Shown here: positions 29,518-37,571 of the stretch, one piece after another
Layout: each line of letters begins with the position of its first letter
How positions within the stretch are numbered: position 1 is the stretch's first letter
From: an uncultured Oscillospiraceae bacterium
GTDB taxonomy: Bacteria; Bacillota; Clostridia; Acetivibrionales; DTU013
Direction of reading: 5' to 3'
Length of the DNA: 45,394 bases
Assembly (NCBI GenBank): GCA_964596445.1
Contig: CAZQUQ010000002.1
Coordinates: 5,848 to 51,241, forward strand
Notes under the pieces: model-generated
Seen by the model: only the letters and a program-made list of their open reading frames with translations
Database searches by the model: none
Told to the model about the DNA's origin: nothing
Position numbers and translations under genes: made by a program

Positions 29518-31296
29518 TCACTCGACAACTTTCAGGTGAAGTTCATCAAGCTGTTTCTGATCGACCACATCAGGCGCATTGGTCATAAGGTCCGATGCAT
29601 TCTGTACCTTCGGGAACGCAATGACATCCCTGATGCTGCTCTTGCCGGCCATAAGCATGATCATCCTGTCCAGGCCGTAAGCCATTCCCCCATGCGGAGG
29701 AACACCATACCTGAAGGCTTCGAGCAGGTAGCCGAATTTTGCCCATGCTTCCTCCTGGGTAAAGCCAAGGAGCTTGAACATCCTCGACTGCAGATCCTGC
29801 ATGTGTATCCTTATACTTCCGCCTCCAAGCTCGGTTCCGTTCAGCACTATATCATAAGCTTTCGCACGTACGCTTCCGGGATCGCTTTCCAGCAGATCCA
29901 TATCTTCATCCATGGGCGATGTGAACGGATGATGCTTTGCCACCCAGCGCTTCTCCTCCTCATCATGCTCGAGGAGCGGGAACTCGGTCACCCAGAGGAA
30001 CTTGAAGTCCTTATTGTCCAGTATGTCAAGCCTTCTTGCGATCTCTACCCTCAGTGCGCCAAGCGAGTCAAATACTATCTCATTTTTGTCCGCAACAAAG
30101 CAGATCAGGTCTCCCGGCTGAGCTCCGGTCCTGTCAAGGAGCGCTTTCATCTCATCTTCGCTGAAGAACTTCGTCAGAGACGACCTTATCTCACTCTCAT
30201 CAACGGCTATCCAGGCCATTCCCTTGGCCCTGTAAGTCTTCACGAATTCGACCAGGCTGTCGATCTCCTTCCTGCTGAACCTGCCGCACCCCTTTGCATT
30301 TATTGCACGAACGCTCCCGCCGGCTGCCACCGCATCGGCAAACACTTTGAAACCGCATCCTGCAACGAGGTCAGAAACATTGACGAGCTCCATACCGAAA
30401 CGCATATCAGGCTTGTCTGTGCCGAACCTTTCCATTGCCTCCTTGTACGGCATCCTGAGAAACGGCGTTTCTAGCTCGACCCCCAATGCCTCGCGGAAAG
30501 CCCGCTTAATAAAGCCTTCATTCAATGTAAGAACGTCATCCACATTGACAAATGACATCTCCAGGTCTATCTGCGTGAATTCAGGCTGCCTGTCGGCTCT
30601 TAGATCCTCATCCCTGAAGCATTTGACGATCTGGATATAACGGTCGAAGCCGGACACCATCAGCAATTGCTTGAAAAGCTGGGGCGACTGCGGCAGCGCA
30701 TAGAACTTCCCAGGGTGCACCCTGCTTGGCACAAGATAGTCTCTTGCGCCTTCCGGTGAGCTTTTTATCAGCATCGGAGTCTCTATTTCCAAAAACCCAT
30801 TCTGATCAAAGTAATCTCTTGCAATTTTAGCCACCCTGTGGCGCAGCATCAGACCGGCCTGCATATCAGGCCTTCTAAGATCCAGATACCTGTATTTCAG
30901 CCTCATGGCTTCATTGACGCCTGAATCCTCCTCGATATGCATCGGAGGCGTCTCAGCCCTGCTGAGTATCCTCAGTTCGGAGGCGATTATTTCTATCTCC
31001 CCTGTTTTCATGGACGGATTAACGGCCTCAGGAGCCCTCGCAGCCACTACTCCCACTACTGCCAGCACATATTCGCTGCGGATGGTCTCTGCCTTTTCAA
31101 AAACCTCTTTGTCGGTCTGGTCGCTGAAAACTATCTGCAGCAAGCCAGTCCTGTCTCTGAGGTCGACAAATATCAAACTGCCAAGATTCCTTCTTTTATG
31201 GGCCCACCCCATGACCGTTACCTTTTTGCCGATATCGGCAGCACTGAGCTCAGTACACCTGTGAGTCCTTTTCAATCCGTATATCGTTTCTCCCAT
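29518..31296 (-). CDS. aspS: Aspartate--tRNA ligase
   Basis: 592 aa with an OB-fold N-terminus (...VTVMGWAHKRRNLGSLIFVDLRD) and class II motifs (FRDEDLRADRQPEFTQ..., GGGSIR). Confidence 0.97.
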   Translation of the reverse strand: MGETIYGLKRTHRCTELSAADIGKKVTVMGWAHKRRNLGSLIFVDLRDRTGLLQIVFSDQTDKEVFEKAETIRSEYVLAVVGVVAARAPEAVNPSMKTGEIEIIASELRILSRAETPPMHIEEDSGVNEAMRLKYRYLDLRRPDMQAGLMLRHRVAKIARDYFDQNGFLEIETPMLIKSSPEGARDYLVPSRVHPGKFYALPQSPQLFKQLLMVSGFDRYIQIVKCFRDEDLRADRQPEFTQIDLEMSFVNVDDVLTLNEGFIKRAFREALGVELETPFLRMPYKEAMERFGTDKPDMRFGMELVNVSDLVAGCGFKVFADAVAAGGSVRAINAKGCGRFSRKEIDSLVEFVKTYRAKGMAWIAVDESEIRSSLTKFFSEDEMKALLDRTGAQPGDLICFVADKNEIVFDSLGALRVEIARRLDILDNKDFKFLWVTEFPLLEHDEEEKRWVAKHHPFTSPMDEDMDLLESDPGSVRAKAYDIVLNGTELGGGSIRIHMQDLQSRMFKLLGFTQEEAWAKFGYLLEAFRYGVPPHGGMAYGLDRMIMLMAGKSSIRDVIAFPKVQNASDLMTNAPDVVDQKQLDELHLKVVE

Positions 31297-31370
31297 TTAG
31301 CCGTCATCTCCTATAGTAAATTACATATAACTTTCTCGTTATTATCGGATACCATCTTGTCCGTCCCGTA

Positions 31371-32633
31371 TTACTTAATGTGATTCCTCAGCCTGTCGAC
31401 GATGGAGTCCAGGCTCACATCCTTCTGTTCTCCAGTCCTCATATCCTTCAGTACGCCTTTGCCGGCTTCGATCTCATCGTCTCCCAGCACAATAGTAAAC
31501 GAAAAACCTTTTTTATCAGCATACTTCATCTGTGCTTTCAGGCTTCTTTCCATCAGGTCCGTCTCGGCCTTCACGCCAAAGCCTCTGAGCCTGTAAACGA
31601 GCTGCTGTGCAAAATCCACAGCATTCTTGCCCATCGTGGCGATATAGATATCCGGCGGAGCCGGTTCAGCAATACTGATGCCCTGACTTTCCAGCTCCAT
31701 CAGCAGCCTTTCAACACCCAGGGCAAAGCCGATGCCAGGAGTTGCCGGACCGCCGCATTCCTCGACCAGCCCGTCATATCTTCCGCCTCCGCAGATCGTA
31801 CCCTGGGATCCGCCGTTTTCCGAAACGAATTCAAAGACTGTCTTCGTATAATAATCCAGGCCCCTTACGATATTCGGGTCGATACTGTAGCTGATGCCAA
31901 GATTGTCAAGCCCTGACTTAAGGCCTTCAAAATGTGTGCCGCATTCCTCACACAGATTGTCTATAAGCCTTGGCACTCCCGCGACGAGCTTCCTGCAGCC
32001 TTCATTCTTGCAGTCGATTATCCTCAGAGGATTTTTTTCGAACCGCTTCATGCAATCACCGCACAGTTCGGACAAACGAGGTCTGAAGTATTCCTTCAGC
32101 ATCTCATGGTATTTTTCTCTGCAAACAGGGCATCCGATACTGTTTATGTTCAAGCCGGTCTGCTTCAGTCCCAGTTTCTCGAAAAACATATAGAGGATGC
32201 TGATTATCTCCACATCGATTTCCGGCCCGGCGGATCCGAATGCTTCGACACCGAACTGGTGGAATTCCCTGTAGCGCCCCTTCTGCACATTTTCGTACCT
32301 GTAGGCTGTAATGTCGTAGTACAGCTTTATGGGCTGCGGAAGCGACGCCATTCCGTTTTCGATATAGCTGCGGACTACGCCTGCGGTTCCCTCCGGCCGA
32401 AGCGTTATGCTCCTTCCGCCCTTATCTTCGAATGTGTACATTTCTTTCTGGACGATATCGGTAGTATCACCGACACCTCTCTGAAACAGCTCCGTATGCT
32501 CAAATACAGGTATCCTTATCTCCTTATATCCAAAGCAGTCGCAAAGCTTGGCAAACACTTTGCTCACATACTGCCACTTGTGTATCTCCGAAGGAAGTAT
32601 GTCGCGTGTTCCCTTTGGCGCCTGAATCTTCAT
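31371..32633 (-). CDS. hisS: Histidine--tRNA ligase
   Basis: 420 aa; APKGTRDILP..., LRPEGTAGV..., YRYENVQKGRYREFHQ. AGGAGG precedes the ATG. Confidence 0.97.
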   Translation of the reverse strand: MKIQAPKGTRDILPSEIHKWQYVSKVFAKLCDCFGYKEIRIPVFEHTELFQRGVGDTTDIVQKEMYTFEDKGGRSITLRPEGTAGVVRSYIENGMASLPQPIKLYYDITAYRYENVQKGRYREFHQFGVEAFGSAGPEIDVEIISILYMFFEKLGLKQTGLNINSIGCPVCREKYHEMLKEYFRPRLSELCGDCMKRFEKNPLRIIDCKNEGCRKLVAGVPRLIDNLCEECGTHFEGLKSGLDNLGISYSIDPNIVRGLDYYTKTVFEFVSENGGSQGTICGGGRYDGLVEECGGPATPGIGFALGVERLLMELESQGISIAEPAPPDIYIATMGKNAVDFAQQLVYRLRGFGVKAETDLMERSLKAQMKYADKKGFSFTIVLGDDEIEAGKGVLKDMRTGEQKDVSLDSIVDRLRNHIK

Positions 32634-32720
32634 GATTACCTCCTGATATGTATTTTCGCTAAATCATACCTGAGCCATACAATAAATATAGCAAATTGCT
32701 ATTAATATGTTCCGGATTAA

Positions 32721-32761
32721 TAAATAAAACTCTCGTCAGACAAGCAGGTCAAGGACGAGAG
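32721..32761 (-). terminator. Terminator-like hairpin at the very 5' end of the predicted hisS leader
   Basis: On the minus strand, CTCTCGTC (32761-32754) pairs with GACGAGAG (32737-32730) across a 16-nt loop and is followed by TTTTATTTATT. It lies about 10 nt downstream of the predicted -10 box and about 95 nt upstream of the hisS ATG. Confidence 0.5.
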
Positions 32762-32770
32762 ATTACCTTT

Positions 32771-32799
32771 ATTGTAACCACATTGGTCTAAATTGTCAA
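32771..32799 (-). promoter_or_regulatory. Putative sigma-A promoter of hisS-aspS
   Basis: Minus strand reads TTGACA (32799-32794), a 17-nt spacer, then TACAAT (32776-32771). Confidence 0.6.
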
Positions 32800-32822
32800 T
32801 AGACCGCAGTTCATGCTATAAT
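32793..32822 (+). promoter_or_regulatory. Putative sigma-A promoter of the MFS transporter gene
   Basis: TTGTCA (32793-32798), an 18-nt spacer, then TATAAT (32817-32822). Its -35 box overlaps the minus-strand -35 box on the opposite strand. Confidence 0.5.
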
Positions 32823-32876
32823 CAGCATATTGGTCGAGCGTACCGGAAAAAATATTGCAGACGGATCAGGAAAAAC

Positions 32877-34091
32877 ATGACTCGAAAAATAATTTCAGGA
32901 AATTATAACCACACTATCTATGCCTCCTGTATCGGATTTATCACGCAGGCAATTATCAATAATTTCATACCGCTGCTGTTCCTGACATTTCAAACTAAAT
33001 TCGGGTTATCTCTCGACAAGATCGGTTTTCTCATAACGATAAACTTCGGCGTCCAGCTTCTTACAGACATGCTTGCGGCAAGATATGCCGACAGGATAGG
33101 CTATCGAAGATCTGTTGCAGCCGCACATGTTTTTTGCGTCATCGGCCTTGCAGGGCTTGCAGTTTTTCCCGACTTGCTTGCAAACAGCTATATTGGGATC
33201 ATGATGGCGGTAATATGCTACGCCATAGGCGGCGGTATGATCGAAGTGCTGATCAGCCCTATAGTTGAAGCATGTCCGACAGAAAAAAAAGAAGCCGCAA
33301 TGAGTCTGCTCCACTCCTTTTATTGCTGGGGGCATGTGTTCGTAGTGTTAGTATCCACGGCATTTTTCCTGGTATTCGGCATTGAAAACTGGCGTATCCT
33401 GGCCTGCTTATGGGCAGTCATTCCGCTGATGAACGTTTTTTACTTCCTGAAGGTTCCGATCGCTGAATTGGTTAAGGAAGATGAAAGGCTGCCGGTCTTT
33501 GACCTGATGAAGAACAGGATGTTTTGGTTATTCATAGTCCTAATGCTCTGCGCAGGCGCATCCGAGCAGGCAATGAGCCAATGGGCGTCGGCTTTCGCAG
33601 AATCAAGCCTTGGAGCGTCAAAAGTCATAGGCGACCTGGCCGGGCCGACCCTGTTCGCGGCTTTGATGGGATGCGCCAGGTTATTCTACGCAAAGTTCAG
33701 TCATACGATCAGTATAGAGAAATTCATGTCCATTAGCAGTCTGCTTTGCCTGGCATGCTATCTGCTTGCGTCATTGTCTCAAAACAAGCTGGTAGGATTT
33801 ATCGGCGTTGCAGCAACAGGCATATCGGTCGGAATTTTATGGCCGGGAACGCTGAGCCTTGCCTCGAAGGGCATACCTAAGGGCGGTACCGCCCTGTTTG
33901 CATTCCTGGCCCTGGCGGGAGATCTGGGATGTTCTGTCGGACCGACTTTCGTCGGGGTAGTTTCAGAGGCATTCAACGAAAATCTGAAGAAAGGCATTCT
34001 CTTTGCAGCAATATTTCCAATTGGCCTGCTCATAATATTAGGTGCGTATAAAATCAGAAAAATGACGATCCCCGGGCAAAATCGATCATAA
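32877..34091 (+). CDS. MFS transporter, substrate unknown
   Basis: About 12 predicted TM helices, with the typical loop motif (LAARYADRIGYRR) between TM2 and TM3. The preferred start is the ATG at 32877 (MTRKIISGNYN...); the ORF track begins at 32793 inside the promoter. Confidence 0.85.
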   Translation: MTRKIISGNYNHTIYASCIGFITQAIINNFIPLLFLTFQTKFGLSLDKIGFLITINFGVQLLTDMLAARYADRIGYRRSVAAAHVFCVIGLAGLAVFPDLLANSYIGIMMAVICYAIGGGMIEVLISPIVEACPTEKKEAAMSLLHSFYCWGHVFVVLVSTAFFLVFGIENWRILACLWAVIPLMNVFYFLKVPIAELVKEDERLPVFDLMKNRMFWLFIVLMLCAGASEQAMSQWASAFAESSLGASKVIGDLAGPTLFAALMGCARLFYAKFSHTISIEKFMSISSLLCLACYLLASLSQNKLVGFIGVAATGISVGILWPGTLSLASKGIPKGGTALFAFLALAGDLGCSVGPTFVGVVSEAFNENLKKGILFAAIFPIGLLIILGAYKIRKMTIPGQNRS

Positions 34092-34121
34092 TGACCGCAT
34101 TGATCACAGTGATTGCAAATA

Positions 34122-34730
34122 TCACAGCCATGGGTTGAACTGCCTCTCGTAATCAATGTCGGTCGCAGGCCCGTGTCCGGGATATACTTTTATATCGCCG
34201 TCCAGCTCCATCAGCTTGCGGACCGAAGCCATCAGCAGATCCTGATCGCCTGCTCCGAGGTCGGTCCGTCCGACCCCGAGCCTGAATAATGTGTCTCCAG
34301 TAAAAACAGTGTTTTCTGTCAGGATGCAAATCCCGCCGGGCGTATGGCCGGGCGTATGCAGTATCTGCAGCTTTGTTTTGCCCAATTCGAGCGTATCGCC
34401 GTCTTTGACGAGGACATCGGCGCCGCCAAAGACCCTGTTCATACCGAACAGAATGGAACCGTTGAGCAGCGGATCACGAAGCAGGGGCGCATCTTCCTCA
34501 TGTATCACTACTTTTCCCCCGCGGCTGCTCCTCAGTATATCTGTTTCTATAATATGGTCTATATGTGCGTGTGTCAGTATTATATATTTCAATGTCAGGC
34601 CATGCTCATCGAGTACCTTGGCTATATCTTCATGAGCTGCTCCCGGGTCGATGACGGCCGTTTCACCGGCATCTCCCAGTATATAGCAGTTCGAATCCAG
34701 CATGCCTGTCCGGAGTATTTTCATTATCAT
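34122..34730 (-). CDS. MBL-fold metallo-hydrolase (glyoxalase II-like)
   Basis: 202 aa with the HxHxDH motif (THAHIDH), a later HTPGHTPG and a C-terminal ...PGHG. Confidence 0.85.
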   Translation of the reverse strand: MIMKILRTGMLDSNCYILGDAGETAVIDPGAAHEDIAKVLDEHGLTLKYIILTHAHIDHIIETDILRSSRGGKVVIHEEDAPLLRDPLLNGSILFGMNRVFGGADVLVKDGDTLELGKTKLQILHTPGHTPGGICILTENTVFTGDTLFRLGVGRTDLGAGDQDLLMASVRKLMELDGDIKVYPGHGPATDIDYERQFNPWL

Positions 34731-34752
34731 TGGTTATCGTCCTTTTGTTCAA

Positions 34753-36942
34753 TTACTGTTTGCTTCTGGTGACTTCGAACACTCCGTCGACCTTTCTCAG
34801 CTTCTTTATTATCTTTTCGAGCTGTTCCGTATCGGTGATCTCCAGCGTCAGCCCGATCAGCGCTATCTGGTCGCGGGTCGTCCTTGCGTTCATTGCCTTG
34901 AGCGGTATCTTTGCCTCACCGATGGCATTGGTCACTTCCATCAGCAGCTGCGTCCTGTCATTGGCCAATACCGTAATGTCAGCCTTATAAGCCACATTGC
35001 TCGCAGTATACCATTTTACCTCGATCAGCCGCTCTTCCTCACCCTGGCTGTTGGCCACATTGATGCAGTCGGACCTGTGGACCGAAACACCGCGTCCTCT
35101 TGTGATATACCCGATGATGTCGTCGCCGGGTACTGGGTTGCAGCACCTTGAAAGTCTCACCAGGCAGTTCTCTATACCCTTGACGATCACACCGTTCTCA
35201 GGTATGTTCTTCTTCTTTTTTTCCTTGTCCTTCTCCTGCTTGAGAAGCTGCTCCTTCTCAAGCTCCTCTTTCAGTTCTTCAGGCTTCAGAGTCTTGCGGT
35301 ATTCCTCCCGGAGCCTTGAAACGATCTTGCTCGCCCCGATGCCGCCGTATCCTACAGCAGAGAACATATCCTCCAGTGAATTGAAGTTGTACTTCTTTAA
35401 TACTATCTCGACCCACTCATTTTTGAAAAGCTGATTGTAGGTAAGGTTCAGCCTCTTCAGTTCCCTGTCTATGTACTCTCTGCCCCGAAGTATATTCTCT
35501 TCCCTGTTTTCTTTTTTAAACCACTGATTTATCTTATTTCGCGCCTGCGAACTCTTTACTATCTTGAGCCAGTCGCGGCTTGGCCCGTGGACGCTGGATG
35601 ATGTCAGTATCTCAACGATGTCCCCGTTTTTTAGTTCGTAGTTGAGCTTCACGATCTCACCGTTGACCCTGGCGCCCATCATTTTATTGCCTATTGCACT
35701 GTGTATCGCATATGCAAAGTCTATAGGATTGGATCCTATCGGCAGGTTCACAACATCGCCCTTCGGAGTGAACACAAACACTTCGTCTGCAAACAGGTCG
35801 ACCTTGACCGTTTCAACGAACTCGTTGGCGTCATTGGCTTCTTTCTGCCATTCCAGCATCTGTCTCAGCCATGCCAGCTTATTATCCAGTTCGCTCTTGC
35901 CCGACGAACCCTCTTTGTATTTCCAGTGCGCAGCGATACCGACCTCAGCCACCTTGTGCATGTCCCATGTCCTGATCTGCACCTCGAACGGATGCCCGTC
36001 ATGGCCTATCAGCGTCGTATGCAGGGACTGGTACATGTTCGGCTTCGGCATCGCGATATAGTCCTTGAACCTTCCCGGCATTGGCTTGAAAAGCTCGTGA
36101 ACGAGTCCCAGCACGGCATAACAGTCCTTTACCGAATTAACTATGACACGCACAGCAAACAGGTCATATATCTGGTCAAGAGTCTTATTCTGATTCTGCA
36201 TTTTTTTGAAAATACTGTAGAAATGCTTCGGGCGGCCGTCGATTTGTGTTTCGATACCGAGCTCCGTCGTTTTTTCCTTAATTTCTGTTATGATGCTGGA
36301 AATATATGCTTCGCGTTCGCGGCGCTTCTTTGCGATTTTTTCAACGAGATCATAATATTCATTGGGATGAAGATATCTGAAGCTGCTGTCCTCCAGCTCC
36401 CACTTAATCCTTGATATACCGAGCCTGTGCGCCAGAGGAGCATATATCTCCAGCGTCTCTTTTGCTTTTTCGATCTGCTTCTCCTGAGGCATGTATTTGA
36501 GCGTATGGATGTTATGCTCACGGTCGGCAAGCTTTATAAGTATGACACGGATATCCTTTGCCATGGCGAGGAACATTTTTCTCAGGTTCTCAGCCTGCTG
36601 CTCCTCCTTTGTGGTATACGGTATCCTGTCGAGCTTAGTAACACCATCGACAAGCGTGGCAACAGCCTCGCCGAACTGCTCCTTTATCTCATCAAAGGTA
36701 CAATTGGTGTCTTCGACCGTATCATGCAAAAGGCCGGCAATGATCGCAGTACAGTCAAGCTCAAGATCCGCCAGGATATGCGCCACTTCTATCGGGTGAA
36801 TGATGTATGGTTCCCCGGATTCCCTCAGCTGTCCTTCGTGGGCCTTCTTTGCCATGGCATAAGCCTTGTCGAGCAATTCGATATCACAGCCGGGATTATA
36901 TTTTTTGATTTTTTCCTTCAGCTTTAAATACCGGTTGTCCAT
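34753..36942 (-). CDS. relA: Bifunctional (p)ppGpp synthetase/hydrolase (RelA/SpoT homologue)
   Basis: It has an HD hydrolase domain (PYIIHPIEVA...LHDTVEDT), a synthetase domain (...YQSLHTT...EVQIRT) and TGS and ACT C-terminal domains. The preferred start is the ATG at 36942 after GGAGG; the ORF-track start at 36954 is a GTG. Confidence 0.95.
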   Translation of the reverse strand: MDNRYLKLKEKIKKYNPGCDIELLDKAYAMAKKAHEGQLRESGEPYIIHPIEVAHILADLELDCTAIIAGLLHDTVEDTNCTFDEIKEQFGEAVATLVDGVTKLDRIPYTTKEEQQAENLRKMFLAMAKDIRVILIKLADREHNIHTLKYMPQEKQIEKAKETLEIYAPLAHRLGISRIKWELEDSSFRYLHPNEYYDLVEKIAKKRREREAYISSIITEIKEKTTELGIETQIDGRPKHFYSIFKKMQNQNKTLDQIYDLFAVRVIVNSVKDCYAVLGLVHELFKPMPGRFKDYIAMPKPNMYQSLHTTLIGHDGHPFEVQIRTWDMHKVAEVGIAAHWKYKEGSSGKSELDNKLAWLRQMLEWQKEANDANEFVETVKVDLFADEVFVFTPKGDVVNLPIGSNPIDFAYAIHSAIGNKMMGARVNGEIVKLNYELKNGDIVEILTSSSVHGPSRDWLKIVKSSQARNKINQWFKKENREENILRGREYIDRELKRLNLTYNQLFKNEWVEIVLKKYNFNSLEDMFSAVGYGGIGASKIVSRLREEYRKTLKPEELKEELEKEQLLKQEKDKEKKKKNIPENGVIVKGIENCLVRLSRCCNPVPGDDIIGYITRGRGVSVHRSDCINVANSQGEEERLIEVKWYTASNVAYKADITVLANDRTQLLMEVTNAIGEAKIPLKAMNARTTRDQIALIGLTLEITDTEQLEKIIKKLRKVDGVFEVTRSKQ

Positions 36943-36973
36943 CCATTCCTCCACATGTACGAATGCCGTATAT

Positions 36974-37489
36974 CTAGAATTTAACGACCGACCTTACATT
37001 ATAGTTCTTCAGCTTTTCCCTTCCGTTGAGAAAACCAAGCTCTATAAAGAAAACAAGCCCAACGACCTCTCCGCCAAGCTTCTCAACCAGCCTTGCATTG
37101 GACTCGGTGGTTCCTCCCGTAGCCAGAAGATCATCCACTATCAGCACTTTTTGCCCTGGTTTGACGGCATCTTCATGTATCTCAAGCTCATCTGTTCCGT
37201 ACTCGAGTTCATACTTGATGCTGACGGTCTTGTACGGCAGCTTGCCTTTTTTCCTTATCGGTGCAAACCCCTTATTCATCGCATAAGCCAATGGTGCTCC
37301 GAATATGAACCCCCTCGATTCGGGGCCAACGATCATGTCAAAATCACCCAGCTCTGCTGCCAGCTTTCTCATCTCATCTATACTATGCTGCAGTGCTTCT
37401 CTGTCCTGCAGTACAGTCGTTATATCGATGAAATCGATCCCCTTCTTTGGAAAATCCGGTACGTGCCTGAGTTTTTCCTTAAGATCCAT
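36974..37489 (-). CDS. apt: Adenine phosphoribosyltransferase
   Basis: 171 aa; ...VPDFPKKGIDFIDIT... and the PRPP motif VLIVDDLLATGGT. Confidence 0.95.
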   Translation of the reverse strand: MDLKEKLRHVPDFPKKGIDFIDITTVLQDREALQHSIDEMRKLAAELGDFDMIVGPESRGFIFGAPLAYAMNKGFAPIRKKGKLPYKTVSIKYELEYGTDELEIHEDAVKPGQKVLIVDDLLATGGTTESNARLVEKLGGEVVGLVFFIELGFLNGREKLKNYNVRSVVKF

Positions 37490-37571
37490 TGTGAACTCCC
37501 TCCGGCCTTCATAATTTTGGTGTTATCCCTGATCCAACCGACTTGCATCGGTCGGACCACTGCCTTTCGGC

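Noticed and set aside
32634-32876. A T-box riboswitch was expected upstream of hisS-aspS, and also upstream of glyQS at 7177-7194.
   Set aside because: The hisS leader is too short (~140 nt from the best promoter) and lacks the conserved T-box sequence (..GGUGGUACCGCG-like) and the specifier-loop architecture. glyQS starts only 18 nt after the coaBC stop, leaving no room for a leader.
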